64,000 nt of DNA, from positions 434,001 to 498,000 of the forward strand of contig SMSO01000035.1 of assembly GCA_004764695.1 (NCBI GenBank), read 5' to 3'. The notes under the pieces were generated by a model, which saw only the letters and a list, made by a program, of their open reading frames with translations, was not told where the DNA came from and ran no database searches. The position numbers and the translations under genes were made by a program. Shown in pieces: positions 48,101 to 60,800 of the stretch. Each line of letters opens with the position of its first letter. The stretch's first letter is position 1. Source of the stretch: Schizochytrium sp. TIO01 (Eukaryota; Protista; Bigyra: Labyrinthulomycetes).

Positions 48101-49867
48101 TTCCAAGACGCTTTGAATGCGCTACACGATTTCCCTGATGCACGTGCAGGTGCCATTCTTGTGTTTCTTCCTGGTTTGGCACAGATTACGAACTTGTACA
48201 ATCGTTTGACTCATGGAAGGTACTTTGGCAACTCTTCCAGATTCTTGGTGTTGCGTTTGCACTCAAGCTTGTCGTCCCTTAAGGATGAGCAGCGGAAGGT
48301 ATTTGAGACTCCGCGTCGTGGAGTTGTAAAAATTGTACTCTCTACAAATATTGCCGAGACAGGTGTAACAATTCCTGATGTAGTATACACGATTGATACC
48401 GCTCGTGTGAAACAAGTCGGCTTCAATCCGGCACGTCAAATGCAATCTTTGGAGGATACCTTCGTTTCGCGTGCCAGTTTAACGCAGCGTGCAGGTCGTG
48501 CCGGTCGTGTGAAGCCTGGCATTGCTTTTCAGCTTATCTCCACTCAGGGTCAGCGAGAGTGGCTTTCCGATTTTCAAATGCCTGAGATTCGTCGTGTTGC
48601 ATTGGAAGGTGTATGCCTACAGATTATGGCAATGCACGCAGGCGGCCAAGAAGATGAACGGCTGGCAGATCCGTGGCGCTTCTTGCGCGAGGCTTTGGAC
48701 CCCCCTCTTCCAAAAGCGATCCATGCGGCGATGCAGAACCTTGTCGAAGCGGGTGCTGTTATCATGAAGGTCTCTGATACTGATACAAACAACCAAGGAA
48801 AAAATACCGATCATACAAATGGCCGAGGGAACGACCTTCCTGATCTTCTCCGGGGCCAGGCACTTTTGACTCCCCTTGGGATGCATCTTTCTCATTTTCC
48901 TTTAGATATGAAGATTGGCCGTATGGTCATTTATGGAGCTCTTTTTGGATGCCTTGACCCAGTTATGACGGTTGCAGCCAGTATTGGTCAGGAGCAGAAA
49001 CTGTTCTTGAGTCCGGCTGGGCGACAGGCTGAGGCAGCGAACGCTCACAAAAAGTTTGCTCATGAATGTAGCGACTTACTTACCCTGCACAATGTTTATC
49101 GTGCGTGGCACTTGCAATCTGTTCAAGGTGGTGCGCGCGCTGAAACTGCATTCTCGCGCACTAACTTTGTGAGCCAACGCTCGTTGGAAGAGATTCGTAA
49201 GACCAAATCTGAATTAATGCAAGTCCTGAAGCGCATGGGTTTCGCATCTGATGAGGACTCTGTAGACCCTGTCAACGTGGAAAGGCTTGATCTCAACTAC
49301 AAGGGAACAAGCGACTGGCTCAACCGATATGCAGACAACGTTCCGCTTGTATGTGCAGTTCTTTGTGCTGGTCTTTTTCCTAATGTTGCCATGGTTACGC
49401 ATAAGCCGAACAGCAAGAGGAATCGTGAGGTTGCATATACCTGCCGCAACCCTAGAAACAATCAGGATGAGATTGTCACGCTTATTGATCGTTCAGTAAA
49501 TGCAGGCCGTCTCAGGCCAGGAGTCAAGCAAGACTTCCGTGGGCCGCAACGTGTCGGGTGGGTGACCTTTTTAACCAAGCTCAAGACAAACTCACGCGTG
49601 CTTTTGTTTGATTCCACCTTTGTTCCGCACGCTGCTTTGTCATTCTTTGGTGGCTCTGTGCAGATCCAATATCGCGACCGCGCCCTTGTTGTGGACCGTT
49701 GGTGTCGTCTTGTGGTTCCTCCCAAGACTGCTGTTATTATTCAGAAGTATCGCCGTGCCTTGGACGAATTTCTCTTGCGCAAGTTCGATGCTCCGAGCGC
49801 AAAACAGCAGGAAGAGGATCTCCGTGTTGTAGACATGATCGTGAGGTTGTTGAAGTTTGAAGACTAA
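45171..49867 (+). CDS. DHX29: DEAH/RHA RNA helicase DHX29-like; one gene broken by a -1 frameshift at ~46872-46876
   Basis: ORF1 has a UBA-like 'GFTLNDIKSAL..AALEWLSLYLDESSLP' and a dsRBD-like 'AQNYVSMIALYDL..MPVECQDLW'. ORF2 has GQTGSGKTTQ, EPRRISA, DEVHER, MSAT, STNIAETGVTIPDV, QRAGRAGR and HA2/OB regions. The joined sequence QDLW-DKW parallels DHX29 'LPPTYRDVWLEW'. Confidence 0.88.
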
Positions 49868-50230
49868 AGTTTCTGTCAATAGTATATCAGCAATTTATCT
49901 GAATCCACCTTGTACCAGCGATCTTATTGATATGCTAGATTTAATTAATCAAGCATTCACCTCCCTTGATCTCTGTTTGGACAAGGGTGCTTCATTAGGT
50001 ACTTTATAGTTTATTAGTGGACCTGTTGCTCAGAAGTATCAATAGATCTATCAACGTCAACACAATTCAACTTTAATCTAAACGTTTTTAATTAGGAATA
50101 TAGGTAGGAGTAAAGGGATAAATTTGCGGCACCAAAAATGCATATAACCATTGGATTACGATGTTGTAGTTGCATACGTGCTCAGGATCATAAACTTGCG
50201 AGCATCATAAAGTCAAAGCACAAGCAAAGC

Positions 50231-51784
50231 TTATGCCTCCACGTAGCGGTAACGCTTGAGTGTGCGAGAGGCCAGGGCCGGAAAGTCTGGTGCATACTTG
50301 GTGGCCACGAAAAAGTGGCGGTCACAACCCTCAGGAGGGTAATCGCCCTGGCGTAAGTAGCCTACAGACCCCTTATTCAGGTGCCTTGAGCCAATAGAAG
50401 GCACAACATAGCGCCAAACTTCCTTGCCGTCCTTATTAATCTCTACAAAGATGCCCAAAGTTCCTTGATTGATAAGAGTGTTTCCATTTGGGAGGCGGCG
50501 TGCACTTGAGATATTTCCGCAGAAAAAACTTCCCTCACGAAAGCGCTTTGGTCCATAGGACCAGCACGGTTTCTCCGGCCCGAAAGTGGCCCATGGGTCT
50601 TCCTCAGGCAATATGTAATCTCCAGAGTAGCGAGTCTCCTCCGGAAGCTCGATCTCGTCGATCGCAGACCATTGGCGGTCCGGATGTCTTCCATTGTTGA
50701 ACACGAGGATATTGCCTGCACCGGGAGATCCCTCCGGGATCACCGTGATGTCGTGCTGCACAAAGAGCTTTTGCGTAGTTCTACTACCACGTCCATAGTT
50801 TACAGGGTTGCCCCACCTGTAGAGAAAGTCGCCACCCTTGCCACGTCGTCCTCCTTCGCTAGTTCTAACCTCTTCTGCTGTGGTGGAGTGATCAATAGCC
50901 ATAATTTCGCAGTGAGAGTTAAAGGACAGAAAGATTTGATCCCTTTTCTCACAGTACGCGACGCTGTTCACGTGGCACCAGTCTTTCTCCCCTGTAACCC
51001 CCGGCCTTCCTGTCATGGGTGGCAAGGCTCCATTTTTTGGTCCCCCAAGCCTCTTGTCGAGGTTGGTCTGTCTCCGTTGGCCCATTTTGCCTCCAGACGG
51101 ACAGCAGTTAAAATCGAACTTATGTGGACTGTCTTGCACAGACCCGAAGTTCTTCTTGTCCGGGAATACGTCCTGGACGAGATGGTCCCACATGCACCAG
51201 CGCCACACAACTTCAGCAATACCCCGCTCACGATCCGGTTTGAGTTCGAGCACTTGCTCTTCCCAAAGTTCCCCGTCTGGAAGTAAGTCGGGTCTACGGC
51301 CGTTTGCCAAGGCCTCTTCCTTTGATCTGCGAGCCCAGATCAGCAACAAGATGTTGCCGTTTGGCATTTCCACGACAGTGTGGTGAGAAAGGTATTTTGT
51401 GAAAGGTGTGCATGCGAACGACCAAACTACATTTCCTTCCCAATCGACTTCTTCCACACGGCCTGCAGCACCTCCGGTTGCAAAGCTCGGGGCATCAAGG
51501 TTCTCGTTACCATCGCGAAGGAGATTGCCGTTTTTCAGCAAGTATGAGGCGAAGACCACATAGTCTGATTCCCATTCATGAACGACACCCCCGTCGACGT
51601 CCACTAAATATGTCACGGGGCCGCTAGAGAACAATACATAGCCGTCCATAACGCCTTCATCGTCGCGTGAGATCACACCAACAGTGCGATCTTCAAGTGC
51701 AATATCAGCAGACCGCTGGAAAAGTCGTCCCTGCACAAGTTTGCGAGCCTTGTATGGCCGCGACAGCTCATTCGAAGTCGACAT
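50231..51784 (-). CDS. Aryl-sulfate sulfotransferase (ASST, beta-propeller), bacterial type
   Basis: Motifs 'LLKNGNLL', 'SHH..EMPNGNIL', 'DWCHVNSV', 'IDHSTT..GGRRGKGGDFLYRWGNP', 'QHD', 'GNILVFNNG', 'SSARRLPNGNTLI', 'GKEVWRY'. First ATG at 51784. Confidence 0.88.
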   Translation of the reverse strand: MSTSNELSRPYKARKLVQGRLFQRSADIALEDRTVGVISRDDEGVMDGYVLFSSGPVTYLVDVDGGVVHEWESDYVVFASYLLKNGNLLRDGNENLDAPSFATGGAAGRVEEVDWEGNVVWSFACTPFTKYLSHHTVVEMPNGNILLLIWARRSKEEALANGRRPDLLPDGELWEEQVLELKPDRERGIAEVVWRWCMWDHLVQDVFPDKKNFGSVQDSPHKFDFNCCPSGGKMGQRRQTNLDKRLGGPKNGALPPMTGRPGVTGEKDWCHVNSVAYCEKRDQIFLSFNSHCEIMAIDHSTTAEEVRTSEGGRRGKGGDFLYRWGNPVNYGRGSRTTQKLFVQHDITVIPEGSPGAGNILVFNNGRHPDRQWSAIDEIELPEETRYSGDYILPEEDPWATFGPEKPCWSYGPKRFREGSFFCGNISSARRLPNGNTLINQGTLGIFVEINKDGKEVWRYVVPSIGSRHLNKGSVGYLRQGDYPPEGCDRHFFVATKYAPDFPALASRTLKRYRYVEA

Positions 51785-54700
51785 TGAATGAGCTGGTAGA
51801 GTCCGTTTATGGATTTCGCGGAGCAATTTGATGATTGATATCTTGAGTCCAAAGAGCACAGAAACGCGAGCGCCAAAGTCTCAAAAGGGCTGAGAGTACC
51901 TGGAGAGCTGAGAATGCACACGGTAGCTTGACTATGTTTTTACTGCACCTTTTCCTAAAGCCTCGATCCGAAGAGTGGAGGGAGCAGGTTTCATACAGGG
52001 TTCTGATCGCGGGTCTGTTGATGGGTGATTCGTAATCGGCCGAAGGTCGTTTCGGGTTTGCTTTATATGATTTGCTATTCTACATGAAAGTACCCTGTGT
52101 TGCTTTTGGATGATAAAAATAATTATCTCTCTTAATTTTCCATGATTCTTACATTTGTTCCAACGATGAAAAATGGGGCGGAGTGGTAGGTGCTGAATTT
52201 AAGAATGATCGCGGTACGGAGATTGAATTAAGTTATTGTAGCTTGGGTTGCGCCCAGAAATGCCTTGCATATGCGCACATGAATTAAGGTGAATTTATCG
52301 CCCAAATCAGCGATGGTGCTGCAAAACTTGCACGGGCATGAGCATCTTCAGCTCTGCCTCTTTCTTTTAAGTTGCGAGTGGTCGCTCATTTTCTCTACAT
52401 CTTTAATTAAAATAAACGATGGAAGACTACCTAGAATACTTTTTAGTCTTCGTCAAAATAATAATAACAATAATGAGAATTATTATTAAGTTAAGAACAT
52501 AATAATTTACATAAAAAAAAATTATGTACAAAGTTGTTGTCCTTGAATGCACAATTCACCCCTTCAGGCTTCAACAGGGCACTCGCCCCAAGATTCATTT
52601 CTTATTTCTCTGGAATCTCTCCTTTGAGGAAGCTCTCCTGCTCAGCACGCGACTTTGCTCTTCTGCACGCTTATGGTCAAAGGGGGTCTTTTCTTTCAAT
52701 ATAATAGCAGTAGAGGTCTGCTTACTCATCCTACCACCTGAATCATATTTTACAACCTATTTAGCTACTTTTTACTTACTTCAAGTTACTTACTTTATAA
52801 ATGAATAAATAGAAGAATATAAAAAATAGATATTTTGCCTTTTGTTATTGCAGCTTTGGCATTGATAGATAGAAAAGAATGGAGCCGTGCGGAGGAAAAT
52901 CGCACCAAGCGTCTCCAAACAGCTACCGTCCTGTCTCAGCCCGGATCTGCAGTGCACTCGCAATTGCTTCATAACTGTTATGCTAATGCCTTCAGAGTCT
53001 GTGGATAGCTTCGGCGATTGAGGGAGCACCAGTTCACCAGGAAGTAGTATGTACAACCCTTATAGCTTCTGAAGAAGTGCAGTGTTGTTCAAGTTATTAC
53101 TTAAGTTTTAATATGCCGTCCGCCTTCTTTGTTCGCATGGCCATCATTGGGGCCTTAGCTGAAAAGCTTGAAATCGCAGGGACTAAGCCTCTGACTGCAC
53201 TGCCTTGGAACGTTCGAGTTGCGGGAACCGAGGTGTGATTATTGTCCAATCATTTGCCTTGCACAAGTTTCCACCGAATTCACGAATATTTATGTTAACC
53301 CTGGCAAAAGCCTTTCTTAGCAAATATGATTCAATTCTTTCAACAATACAAAGTGGTTTGGTTAACGGGTTGGTTGTCTTGATGCATGGGGATGTCGGAA
53401 CTTCATGAGCTCGCCTGCTTTGCCCAAACTTTAAAGGCCGCTCGCTATTCTTTGAGTGCATCGAAATCTTTTGAGACTGAGAATATGCGTAAATACTACT
53501 AGGACTGTTTTTTGTGACTACCAATAAATTCTTTTGTAAACTTTAACCAATACTAAAAGGAAACTTCATGAGCATTTGGCAATCAATATAAACTAAGTAG
53601 TACCAGGCATTGCAGTGCTTAGTTGAGTGGTTCCTAAACAAGTGCGTTCCTACAAACAATTAAAAATAATCCAAATGCTCACCGAACGTAACAGGCAATA
53701 AATAATATGAAGTGTCGAAATGAAAAGTGTCTTGAGTTTGTGATGCAAATAGTTTAATCCAAAATAATAACAATTTAATTGAAAAATTAAAATAGAAATA
53801 GAAATATTTAGGTCTTCCATACCTGCTACAATCCTTGCAGATGTGAGGCGCCTATTCAAAACTCAGGCTGCAAACAATAATAGCGTACTGATATTCAAGC
53901 ACTGCAACTCTGTGATACAGGGCTGCAATACCACTGGTATTTCTAGATTCTCCTGTCGTTGTTCGATCATTCCACGCAAATAGTAATAACAGCTTTCAAA
54001 CGCAAACGCAAACAAGAATTCGTACTTCAATGTTTTTGCCTTCTGGTTTTATCTCTAGAGGGCAAGCAACAATATGATCTTGAGTGAAATGAGCAAGCTC
54101 TGTAGTGCCGAACCTGCTATTAAACATGCCTTGGTGATGACCATCGTGCCGTTTTTAGTGAGAAGTAGATATCTACCTAGGTAGTAGAATAGCCCACAAG
54201 CAGAACTTGGCTTGATTGCTTATTCGTATGTGTGCAAACTGCGTTTTTGAAGTGTCGACCAGGATCCTCGCGAAAAGGGTTCCTTCAAAAGCCTGAGTGG
54301 GTTCTTCACTTTGTGGAATCAAGCCAAACTCGGATCAGATACGAAGCAAACGAGCCTGAAGGACGCCATCTTCGAGGCAATTGCGTACCTGTGAACGTGG
54401 AGCCCTAGGTATGGCGGTTCTGCAAATTTTGTATTTCAAAGGTTAATCACTCGTGGATTTATTTCTCAGCTGCGAAAATTCTTATTTTTAATCTATAGTA
54501 CGTCGTATTCACGAGTAAGTCTTCTTTTCAAAAAAATAATTAAATCATTATAGTGAGTAAGCTAACGAAACAGATATATTGTTGTTTCAATATTAAAAAA
54601 ACTTAGGATTTATAGTAGATCGATGATACGGTGTGTGAAACAAAAAAAATCATCTAGGGCTCGTTAGTAAGTAATACTTAAACATTAGACAAAGCTTCAC

Positions 54701-57700
54701 ACCAAATATATATATTTTCAGAATAAATAAATGTGCTTGTTAAGGTTAGGAAAAAAAAGAAAAAAAAGTTTAAACAAATTGATTAGTTTCAATTAGTTAG
54801 CCTGTTGGTAGTTATATCAATCTAAGCAAATAATTTATTATTATAATAATAAATTGTAAATTCGATTAAGTTTTTTTTGCACTAAACTAAACTCCCAACC
54901 CTCAAGTGGCCTCCATGTTTGCGCACGTGGGCAATACTTGTGCCAATTACCAGCGCGTCATATACAACTAATGGTTTGGGGAAATGAGCAGCTTGATAAA
55001 TGGCGTATTGCCATCCATGTAGGTGCGAGGGCCTTGGTTGGCACTATCGTTATGATGATGAAGAATTTGTTCACAGTATTTGATGTGCGACGAGGGCCTT
55101 AATTTTGTCTGATTAAACTCTCGACTCGCTCATTAGGCAGAGTTCAATAACAGAAATAAGTTTGTTTAGGTAAAGCTCTGAGTTAAAGCAATGGTGTGCT
55201 ACAAAGTACCTACTATGAAATCTCGGAGCTTGTTTTCTTTGTAATACTGACCAAGATAAAGACGATCAAGTTTTTTTAATAAAATTAATTAAATGGGATG
55301 ACGCTGTTTCTGCAAAGAATCGTTCCTTGCACCTGTTAATGCTAGCTTCATAGAGCCATTGAACAACTCAAGTACCAGAGAACTTATCACTTTTTGCTAA
55401 TTGTACAGTACAGTGCATGAAACTCTTTTCATCAATGACTTGAAGAGTGTGAAGAACAACTCTTCAGGTTATTCATGCATGACGCACACTGCTTTCATCA
55501 CTTGCAGAACGACTTGAGAACGGCACAAGATGTTTTGGTAGCCATCTCATCGGCCTTTAATCTTAAAACTTATTATTTTGATTAGTATTATTTTAAAGCT
55601 TCTAGTACCGACATAACAACTACCAACCGCCATGATCATGATGCGAGAGATATTTTTATTCTGTAAACTAGCTATCATAATGATACATATATGTTTAAAC
55701 TTAACATAATAATGATAATGATAATAAATACTGACAAATGATAATAAATCAGCAAGGCCTAATAGGCTTTTCATTGAGGGCCTGACTTGAATGATGAAAC
55801 ATACGGCTGAGTAAATAGTTAGAGCGAAGCACATTTTAAAGCTTTATCTCCCCAGAACTCTACCTGGCTGAGCCGACAGCCTCAGCATTATACGCATCCG
55901 ACTTGAATTTATATTGTTTTGTTTTTGGTATCTCGGCATTTTTTTTAAATCTAAAAAATCTTCTTTTTCTTTTTTTTAAATTCACGTGGACAGCGTTCCC
56001 ACTCACTATTCCCATAAACTCTAGCCAAACAGCCCTGTTTGGATTTACTGCTCTGTGTAGGTCTGATCAATTGAGTGGCTGTCTATAACACTTAGTCTGG
56101 ATGCTACCTTAGAGAAACAGTGACGCCCCGATCACCATATTTACACAGTTAGTTTGAGATCACAATAGTGGTACCTAGAGTTAAGTGAACTCTTGCATTC
56201 GCGACATCTCCAACATCTTCACAGTTGGGAATAGGTGTCCACACCTAAAGGCTCGTGGATTGAGATACTAAAAGGATAGCTGGCGGCGATTTCTGACTAG
56301 TTAGTAGACCACGCCTCTGACTTGCTACCAAGCGAAACGAAGTCGATTGCTTCTAAGGGTGGCAGTTTATCGAGTCCTGTGGTCAGCGCCATTCTTGCCA
56401 GATGCGAGAATTCCCTAATTTACACGAGGCGGGACATACTCAAATGAACGAAATTGCGCAAAGGTTGTATGTACAATGGTATGTCTTCGCTCCTTGCTGG
56501 CCGTAGAAGTAACTTTGCAGAAGCAGTAAGTTTCTGTGCAGTGTAACGTTTTCATGCTCGAAGGGGATTTCCAGCAATTTAAAACATACTGTGACTCGTT
56601 ATAACTGCAAATTCATGATTGGAAGCTTCTTGTCGTATCTCTGTCACTTCTACCGTATTGAATTTGGCTGACAAACCCTCTCGACAAGCCATGGATAGCC
56701 TGCTGATGCTATCGTAGTTAGCGTCAAGCCATGACCCGTAAATGAGCTTACAAAACAAACTTCCTTTTCCGAAAGCGTGCAATGCACGTGTGCAACTTGA
56801 GGGCAGTGTGATTGAGAGAAATTTTATCTGCGAAAGCAGGAGTTAAAGAAAAAGGTATTGCAAAAACGAAGAATCAGGACGAAATGCAAAGAGTAATCAA
56901 AGTGCTGCATTAGGCAGGACACCTCTGCTGGTTTGACGAGTTAACTCGAGAGAAAGCCCCACTTGAGTGAGAGTCCTCCTAGCTAGAGACTGCAGATCGT
57001 ACTTTCTAAGCCCCCGTATCAAATTTGCCTTGCGGAATTGAGGGTGCTGGAATTTTCCAAATGTTTTGTTTCTTTCCATGCAGTGAAATGTGTTGGTAGC
57101 AGACATTTCAATCTCAAATAAAGAATCAGATACTAAGAATCGATTATTTTGAAAGTCTTTGTTCTGTTAAGCGATGCATATAATGTTTCCGAACGCTGAA
57201 AAAGTTGCTTTGGTATCCTGAGTCTACAGGTTTCTCTTAATCTACCTTGGCTATATGATATGAAATAACATTTTGGCTTGGTAAAGATGTTTTTCTTTCT
57301 TTCAGCAAAGTTGAATTAATTTATATTTCCATATAAAGTAGGCTTGGGTTCTCAACTCTTTTTCAAAAAGAAGATGTACAAATCAGCATACCAAATCCTC
57401 AGTGCCTCAAACCTATTTCATGCACGTACCAAAAAGAGGACTACAATGTAATTGCAATTTTTTCGTAGACTGTTTAGTTGCTTACCCATTATTCGCACAG
57501 TTTATCATAACGTGCTTAACTTGTGATTAAAGCGCACAAGCTAGATGCAAGTCTTGATTTTAGCAGCTCTCGGGTTACGCAAGAGGCGCGCTCGACGATG
57601 GCACCTTGGATAGTACTAAACCCAAAACTGCGCAACGCAATCTAGCGTCACTTTGGGCCCACTCTCTGATGCCTCCACTCATTCTCTTATGATCTACCTA

Positions 57701-57892
57701 AGTAATGTTAGTAAAGGTTAGTGAGACAATAATGAGAGAATGGTCTTACTTAAGCTCTCTTAAGTTTTCTTACGCTTTCTTGGTTTTCTGATTCACCATA
57801 GAATTGAATTCATTGACGCGCTGGCCACTTCGAGCGAGTCAAACTCAACTTCTAGGGCTGTAATTGCAGCTTTGAGTTGGGGTCGAACCTCA

Positions 57893-60800
57893 ATGGCTCC
57901 TGGGAGGAATCTCCATGCCGGTCGCGCTAGCCAAGGTGAGCAGAGATCGACTCGTGGAGGCCGCAATGGGCCATCGCGAGGCCGTGGTGATGCAAGAGGG
58001 CAACCAAAAGCACCTTTGAAAAGACAAAGAAGCGGATCCCGAGGACCAATAAATGAGGATGGGGGGGAATTACAGCAGAGTACCGTCGGTCGCTCCTCAA
58101 CTTCTGGCAGAAACAGTTACCGGGGTGAGGCTGAAGTCATCGTGAACAAAAGGCGATTGCCTGACGAACCGTCATCGCAATCCAATAACAACCGTTCTTC
58201 AAGACAATCACGAGGATCATCTCGTGGGCTTTCGGATCATGGTTACACTGCTGATATAAGCACCGACAAAGAAGGGGAAGATGACAGGAGAGGATCCCGG
58301 AGAATACTTGAGAAAGGAGATCCTTTTTCGAAGAAGAATTACAGAAGAGAAACATCCAATGCATATAAAAATTCATCGGAAGCCCCAAGGCAATCACAAT
58401 CATCGAACATGGCACGTCAATCAAAATCGTATACAGATTCTCCATTATCTTCTCAATACAGGACTGGAAACTCACGATCTAATAGAGATCCCGAGTTGCG
58501 ATCTGGCATTCCCCGAGCTGAAGGGTCTCCTCGTCATGGGATGTCGAGATCTAGGGATGGGTCCTCTCACACTGTTCGCCGTCGCAGCCGATCCCCATCA
58601 TCAGTCCGACCGCCTGATCCATTCTCCAGGAAGAATCACAGGAGGCAAACGGCTGACGAATATGATGAAAATTCAAGGTATTCACAACCATCTAGCAGGA
58701 CAAACCCCAGGTCAGATTCTTCGTTATCTTCTCAAAGCAGGAGTAGAAGTTCACGGCCTCACAGAGATTCAGATTCACGATCTAGCAACCCCCAAGCCGA
58801 AAGATCTTCGCGTCAAGGCATGTTGAAAAATGAGGACGGAGCCTCCGACAGATCTCGTTATCGCAGTCGATCCCCGTTGCCGACCCAGTCCCGTGATAAG
58901 TATTATGTGTCGCAGTCGAATGGCCACAAAACGTCTCCCACCGCCCGTGATAGCAACTCTTCAAAGAGGAGCGCAGACGATTCTGCACCAAATCTGGCGC
59001 GCTCGATCGGAAGTACGTCTAAGAGATTACGAGCATCTTCGAGCCGCTCAAGTGCAGTTGGAGATAATGACAGAGAGCAGGCATCAAGGCCTTCTGGATC
59101 ATCTAGAAATTCTCGATTTTCAAGTCAAGATCCATACGATAACTCAAGGAGGAACTCTACACGCAATCAGGACTCTGCAGGCCGTCGTAATTCTGACAGT
59201 AATATACTTGTTTCAGACCCTGGACTCGCAACATGGACCTGCCCCGCATACTCATTGTCACCAAGCAAATTTAACAACGCTATACTTCTTGAACTGCGCG
59301 CAATGGAGGCGGCCCGTGCCAAAAACACAAAGCACGAGGTCAGGGGACTTCAAAAAGTGCCTACAAACTTTGATGATGGCGCTTCAGAACGTGAGCTGAT
59401 TTTTCGCCCGCTCATCCTCGAGGAATCATTGCAAACGGTCTGTGCAGGCTTACGTCCTTTGGTTCGTAGACGGCATGCAACAACATACGAAATCAAGCTA
59501 CTGAAGATTCCAACACCAAGCAATAATAAAGCAACGCAGCTGCGCTTTCAAATTCTGACTCCAACTACACAGCTTGCGCATCGCGCTATGCATATCTCTA
59601 CACCCTATTTGATTCAACCAAAGGACACAAGGGTACGTGATCGCTGGCTAGTTGGTTTAGTCACAAGCAAATGTAGAGCGATGTCGGATGGCATTCTAGA
59701 ACTTGATGTGCTAGTTCCCGTGAATCTTGATTCGTTCGATAACCAGTTCGTTGTTGATTCCGTGTGGCAAGCTCGGCCTGGACCGGGTTTGGTCATGTAT
59801 GAGCGGATGTATTCCGCCCAGGTGGAGGGCAAACTGCCTTTCATACGTCAGATTCTCGGCATGAAAGAATCCAAACATGTTCTTTTTGCAGATTCTGATG
59901 TAGAGGGCATGTCCGAGGATGAAATTGTTACTCATGATTCGATACGCACAAATTCAGAAATGTTAAAAGCATTTCGAGATTCGACGTTTAAAAAAGAGCT
60001 AAACATCTCACAGTGTACCGCAATTGAGAGTGTTTTGCGCTATGACCATGCGTCGTGCAAACGAAAAATCTTCATGTGGCAAGGTCCCCCGGGAAGTGGT
60101 AAGTCGTCTACTCTCTCGCGCCTGCTAGCGTTTATGAGCTCCCAAGCATCGCACTCGTCTTCGCATGTACGTGTTATGGTTTGTGGTCCCTCAAATCAGT
60201 CTGTTCATGTTCTTGTTAATAAGGTTCAGGTACTTTGCTCTTCACATCAAATACGATGCCCAGCAATTGCATTGTCTGCAGTTGACGAGAGCGTTCCAGA
60301 GCATCTCTATGACATTTTTGTACACCGAGTATTCGCAACATGGGCTCAGCGAATCCGGTTTTTGGTGGATAAACTTGCAGATGCCGAAGCTGAGCAGTCG
60401 TTAACATTACTTTTGGATACAATTTGGCAACGAGTGCCACATACCATGCAAGCACTGCGCCAAAAGCAGAATCTTGCATCGAAAGATAATCTTCTTATGC
60501 TTGTGAAGGCTTGCGCTATGAGCATGCGTCGTCGGGCATCGCAGGCGGGCACGCCAATGGATGGCGAATCCCAGATTGCAATGCTTCGTCAAGACGTTAA
60601 AAAGGCGGCAGAGAAGGTCCGGTCTAAGTCGAAAACGACAGATGCCAAGTCTAGTGTACTTTCTAGAACAACTCTTGATCCTGTAGATGAGGAAGAGGGT
60701 GATGAGATTTATGCTGACGAGTCTGACAACAGTGACGTTCAGGTAGTCGAGGTAAGAAGTTTTGATAGTCAGAAAAATATGGTTAATGCATCGCCTGCAC

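Noticed and set aside
55052-55112. Possible C/D snoRNA (ATGATGA...CTGA); a similar pair lies at 41944-42041
   Set aside because: I could not identify an rRNA-complementary guide or a convincing terminal stem; such box pairs occur by chance.
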